Part shown: positions 60,700 through 64,000 of the stretch, one piece after another | How positions within the stretch are numbered: the stretch's first letter is position 1 | Layout: each line of letters opens with the position of its first letter | Origin: an uncultured delta proteobacterium | Lineage (GTDB): Bacteria; Myxococcota_A; Polyangia; Polyangiales; Polyangiaceae | Assembly: GCA_963827955.1 (NCBI GenBank) | Contig: CAWHDJ010000018.1 | Coordinates: 1,053,297-1,117,296, forward strand | Length of the DNA: 64,000 bases | Reading direction: 5' to 3' | Notes under the pieces: generated by a model | Told to the model about the DNA's origin: nothing | Database searches by the model: none | Seen by the model: only the letters and a program-made list of their open reading frames with translations | Position numbers and translations under genes: made by a program

Positions 60700-61200
60700 A
60701 GCGTAGCCCGGCACGCCGTGCCCCGGGGAGCCGCATACGACGGGCTGGCCCCCGCATACGACGGGCTGGCCAACGCATGCGATGGGCTGGCCACCGCGTA
60801 CGATGGGCTGGCCACCCAATGCGACGGGCTGGCCCCCGCATACGATGGGCTCGCCAACACATGCGACGGGCTGGCCCCCGCATACGACGGGCTGGTCACC
60901 GCATACGATGGGCTGGCCAGCCCATACGACGGCCTGGCCACCAAATACGACGGGCTGGGTCATCGCATACGATGGGCTGGCCCCCGCATACGACGGGATG
61001 GCCAGCCCATACGACGGGGTGGCCAGCCCATCGTACGCGGTGGCCAGCCCATCGTACGCGGTGGCCAGCCCATCGTACGCGGTGGCCAGGCCGTCGTATG
61101 GGCTGGCCAGCCCATCGTACGCGGTGGCCAGCCCATCGTACGCGGTGGCCAGCCCGTACGACGGGGTGGCCAGCCCGTACGACGGCGTGGCCGGGGCGTC
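60700..61200. repeat. Second intergenic array of 21-bp tandem repeats with inverted arms. Arm A (about 60727-61010) has units GCATACGACGGGCTGGCC(ACC/CCC). Arm B (about 61020-61150) has units CCATCGTACGCGGTGGCCAGC, the reverse complement. A short run reverts to arm A orientation at 61150-61195.
   Basis: Read directly. There are about 14 units in arm A and about 6 in arm B. It sits immediately 5' of the cytochrome-fusion gene start and 3' of the MglA-like gene. Confidence 0.85.
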
Positions 61201-61266
61201 CAATTCGCGAGGGATTACGCGCGCCTGGAGCGGCAGCGGGGCGGAGCCGCCGGCCCGGTGGGCCGG

Positions 61267-62700
61267 CTAGTGGATCGAGCTGCGCGCCAGGCGACAGTCG
61301 ATCGCGAACGCGTACGCCGCGAGGGCCTCCCGGGCGGTGATCAGGCCGTCGCCGCGCGCCTCGCGCACGATGCTGCGGAAGGAGAGGTAGCGGCGGCCGT
61401 CGAGCCCGAGGAGCATGGGGACGACGGTGGCGTCGCGGGGCGCGCCGGTGGTGCCGAAGAGGCCCGCGGCGCTCGCGAGGACACGAGAGACCAGCGTCTC
61501 GCAGAGCTCGATCGCGCGCCAGTAGCGGCCGCGGTGGATCGCGTCCTCGACCTCGCGCACCGTGTCCTGCTCGCCCTCGGGCCACAGCTCGGCGAACGAC
61601 AGGCCCGATGGCCCGGCCGCGTCGCGCAGGAGCGACGGGGCGGCGACGCTCGCCGGCGCGGGCTCGGGGGACGGCTCCAGCAAGGATCCGATGGATCCAA
61701 CGGCGCCGGCGCCGTCGGGTGGGGGAGGAGAGGTGGCGAAGCTCGGACGCACCAGGGGCAGCGGGCGGCTGTCGGTGTCCTCGAACGCCATGGCGGGGGC
61801 GGCGAGGCCGTCGCCGGGGCGAGCGGCGGGATCCGGAGAAGTAAGGATGAGGGACGCCTCGGGGAGGGTCGCCGCCTTGGGGATCTCCGGGGGGGCCGGC
61901 GGCGGCTCGCTCGGGGGGCTCGCCGCCGTGAACGACTCCTCGAACGGCGTCGGCGTCTCCGGCGGGATCGAGGGGTGCGCGCCGGGGGCGCCGATGCGGG
62001 CGAAGACGACGTCGCTCGGGGGCTCGGCGCGCACCGAGGCGTCGCGCAGCGCGGTGACCAGCCCGCCCTCGGCGGGCTCGAAGCTGCCGTCGATCTCGCC
62101 GTCGGTGAGCTCGGGCAGCCGGTCCTTGAAGGCCGTGAGGACGCGCTCGCTGATCTTCTCGAGCGCCTCGTAGATCCCCTCGCCGGTCCTGGCCGAGGTG
62201 GGGATCGAGGGCGCGCCGAAGGGGTTCAGGATGCTGTCGAGCTCCTCGACGGGGAGCAGGTCGGGCAGATCGCGCTTGTTGTGCTGGAAGACGAGGGGCA
62301 TCGTCGCGAACTCCCGCCCTTGTTCGGCGAGGTTCTCGCGCAGGTTCTCCAGGCTCTCCAGGTTGGCGTCGGCCCGCACGAGCTGCGAGTCGCCCACGAA
62401 GACGACGCCGTCGGCGCCCGTGAGCACGAGCTTGCGCGTGGCGTTGAAGTACACCTGCCCGGGGACCGTGAAGAGCTGCAGGCGGACGTGCATCCCCCGC
62501 ACCGGCGGCAGGCGCACGGGCAGGAAATCGAAGTAGAGCGTCCGGTCGACGGGCGTCGCCAGGCTGACCAGCTTGCCGCGGTGCTCGGGCTTCGCGGTGG
62601 CGTGGATGTGCTCCAGCGTGGTCGTCTTGCCGCCGAGCCCGGGCCCGTAATACACGATCTTGAAGACGAGCTCGCGCGAGAGCGGGTTGACCGACGCCAT
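61267..62700 (-). CDS. MglA-family Ras-like small GTPase with a Pro-rich C-terminal extension of about 290 aa that ends in a helical domain.
   Basis: Met at 62700: MASVNPLSRELVFKIVYYGPGLGGKTTTLEHIH...DRTLYFDFLPV...LFTVPGQVYFNATRKLVLTGADGVVFVGDSQ...QHNKRDLP. The P-loop, switch and NKxD motifs are close to M. xanthus MglA. The extension (...SFAELWPEGEQDTVREVEDAIHRGRYWRAIELCETLVSRV...) is unrelated to MglA. Confidence 0.8.
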   Translation of the reverse strand: MASVNPLSRELVFKIVYYGPGLGGKTTTLEHIHATAKPEHRGKLVSLATPVDRTLYFDFLPVRLPPVRGMHVRLQLFTVPGQVYFNATRKLVLTGADGVVFVGDSQLVRADANLESLENLRENLAEQGREFATMPLVFQHNKRDLPDLLPVEELDSILNPFGAPSIPTSARTGEGIYEALEKISERVLTAFKDRLPELTDGEIDGSFEPAEGGLVTALRDASVRAEPPSDVVFARIGAPGAHPSIPPETPTPFEESFTAASPPSEPPPAPPEIPKAATLPEASLILTSPDPAARPGDGLAAPAMAFEDTDSRPLPLVRPSFATSPPPPDGAGAVGSIGSLLEPSPEPAPASVAAPSLLRDAAGPSGLSFAELWPEGEQDTVREVEDAIHRGRYWRAIELCETLVSRVLASAAGLFGTTGAPRDATVVPMLLGLDGRRYLSFRSIVREARGDGLITAREALAAYAFAIDCRLARSSIH

Positions 62701-62919
62701 GTGGTACGGGCGCGACGATATCACCAAACGTCGCCGGGGCTGATTTTTGAGACCCGGTTCCCCTGCGGCGGCCTCCCGTGGGCGGCCCCGTAAGATCGCG
62801 CCCCCTTCGCCCGTTCTCCCTGCGTGCAGCTCGCCGCGATCCCCGCCTGGCCCCTGGCCCTCGCCGCGCTCGGCGGCGGGGGGCCTCCGCCGGTCGTGCG
62901 GCCTCCGCCGCGTCCGGGT

Positions 62920-63546
62920 ATCGTGGCGCGCGTGGCCGTCGCCCGCACCGACCTGGAGGCAGAGCGCGCGCTCGTGGGCCGCGCCCACGCGGGCGACCGC
63001 GGCGCGCTCGGCCAGATCCTGCGGCACCACGGGCCCTCGCTCTACCGGTCGGTGCTCCTGCCCAGGCTCGGATCGGAGGCGGCCGCGCAGGACGCGCTGG
63101 CCGAGACGTACGCGCGCGTGGTGGAGCGCTTCCACCAGTTCACGTGGCAGAATACCGGCGTCTACCCGTGGCTGCGCGTGGTCGCGCTCCGCATCGCCCT
63201 CGACGCGCTCCGGGCGCGCCGGCGCGAGACGCTCTTCGAGCCCGACGACCTGGAGCGCGAGATCGACGCCTCGGAGCGCGACCTCTCCCGCACGGGGGAC
63301 GCCGAGCTCTGCGAGAAGCGCGATCTGGCCGAGGCGCGCGCCCGCGTCGAGGCCGCGCTCGGCAAGCTCAACCCGCGCTACGCGAGCGCGATCCGCCAGC
63401 GCGTCCTCGAGGAGCGGTCCCGTGAGGAGGTGGCCGCCGCGCTGGGGGTGAGCGTGGCCACCTTCGACGTGGTCCTGCACCGGGCCATGGGCTCGCTGAA
63501 GAAAGCGCTTGCAAGCGGGCAGAGCGGGCCCAAGGAGGAGTCGTGA
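62920..63546 (+). CDS. ECF sigma factor. The start is uncertain; the ORF opens at 62824.
   Basis: GRAHAGDRGALGQILRHHGPSLYRSVLLPRLGSEAAAQDALAETYARVVERFHQFTWQNTGVYPWLRVVALRIALD (region 2) and RYASAIRQRVLEERSREEVAAALGVSVATFDVVLHRAMGSLKK (region 4). Confidence 0.7.
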   Translation: MVARVAVARTDLEAERALVGRAHAGDRGALGQILRHHGPSLYRSVLLPRLGSEAAAQDALAETYARVVERFHQFTWQNTGVYPWLRVVALRIALDALRARRRETLFEPDDLEREIDASERDLSRTGDAELCEKRDLAEARARVEAALGKLNPRYASAIRQRVLEERSREEVAAALGVSVATFDVVLHRAMGSLKKALASGQSGPKEES

Positions 63547-64000
63547 TGAAGGGCGAGCGCAAGCTCCGGCTCGTGAAAGGCGGCGGGGATCCCCCGCTTC
63601 GCCCCCGGCCCCTCCGGCCGACGAGCCGCCGTTCACGGAGGAGGAGCTGGCCGCTGCCGCCGCGCTGCGCGACGCGCTCGACGTGGGGGAGGACCCGCTC
63701 GCGCTCGGGCTCCGGGGGGCGTACGCGCCCGCGCCGCTCGTCGAGGCCGACCTCGACGCCATCGTGTCTCGGGCGCTCGGCGACGAGCTCGCCGCGACGG
63801 GCACCGAGCGCGCCGCGGCCGAGCGGCTGCGGGCGGAGCTGGATGGAGAGGTGCTTCCAGGGGACGGGGCGGAGCTCTTGCTGGCGGTGAAGCTCGCGGC
63901 CCACCCCACGGCGCTCCCGCCCGCGCGCAACGAGGAGCTGATCCAGACGGCGCTCCGGGCGCCCTTCCGCGCGCGCGTCCGGCGCATCGCGCCCGTCACG
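63543..64000 (+). CDS. Putative anti-sigma factor. It is 3'-partial at the window edge and has a frameshift near 63620.
   Basis: ATG overlaps the sigma stop (GTGATGA). The sequence MMKGERKLRLVKGGGDPP then continues in another frame as DEPPFTEEELAAAAALRDALDVGEDPLALGLRG..., typical of anti-sigma N-termini. Confidence 0.4.

Noticed and set aside
60686-60944. N-terminal 86-codon extension (SPSYA heptads) of the cytochrome-fusion ORF.
   Set aside because: It is derived entirely from the 21-mer repeat array. It is treated as non-coding pending transcription-start or proteomic evidence, and kept as an open question in the findings.
57573-62793. Giant plus-strand ORFs 57573..61340 (1255 aa) and 59647..62793 (1048 aa), and minus-strand ORFs 56423..57589 and 56974..59802.
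   Set aside because: They run antisense through the FecR-like gene, the redox-fusion gene, the repeat array and the MglA-like gene. Composition is Arg/Gly/Ala-rich without motifs.
61267-63999. 910-aa minus-strand ORF taken as a single gene.
   Set aside because: Only the part below the Met at 62700 is the MglA-like gene. The upper 433 codons are antisense to the ECF sigma and anti-sigma genes.

Overview
This 64 kb window is a very high-GC chromosomal segment (roughly 70% by eye, not computed) with a myxobacterial flavour. It carries many Ser/Thr-kinase, ECF sigma, lipoprotein, coiled-coil and MglA-like genes, and is consistent with Sorangium or Polyangiaceae-like Myxococcota. Gene order, left to right:

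1. A DDE transposase cut by the window edge, then an operon of lipoprotein, OprB-family porin and a secreted protein.
2. A Sel1-repeat lipoprotein and an NtrC-type sigma-54 response regulator with its histidine kinase.
3. An intact IS481-like element.
4. An orphan type VI secretion spike and cargo module (VgrG, DUF2169 fused to pentapeptide repeats, a second pentapeptide-repeat protein, DUF3540, DUF4150/PAAR-like, and an unknown pentapeptide-repeat protein), followed by an FHA protein and a 1280-aa Ser/Thr kinase.
5. A lower-GC insert of about 5 kb with an XRE regulator, tandem 12-mers and a large serine recombinase, abutting a truncated HelD/UvrD-like helicase gene.
6. Lipoproteins and an APH-family phosphotransferase.
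7. A 1.1 kb intergenic array of 21-bp tandem repeats arranged as inverted arms.
8. A vgrG 5' remnant followed by tandemly duplicated membrane-protein cassettes.
9. A sigma-like regulator plus an AAA/PD-(D/E)xK ATPase, and a receiver plus coiled-coil (FrzS/AglZ-like) protein.
10. Cytidine deaminase (cdd) and purine nucleoside phosphorylase (PNP).
11. Two ECF sigma/anti-sigma pairs that flank a tetraheme-cytochrome/ferredoxin/FAD-oxidoreductase fusion, a second 21-mer inverted-repeat array, and an MglA-like GTPase with a long C-terminal extension.

An important caveat is that at least 30 genes need one or more frame changes to give a sensible protein. This pervasive pattern looks like assembly indel error rather than biology, so all frameshift and pseudogene calls here are provisional.
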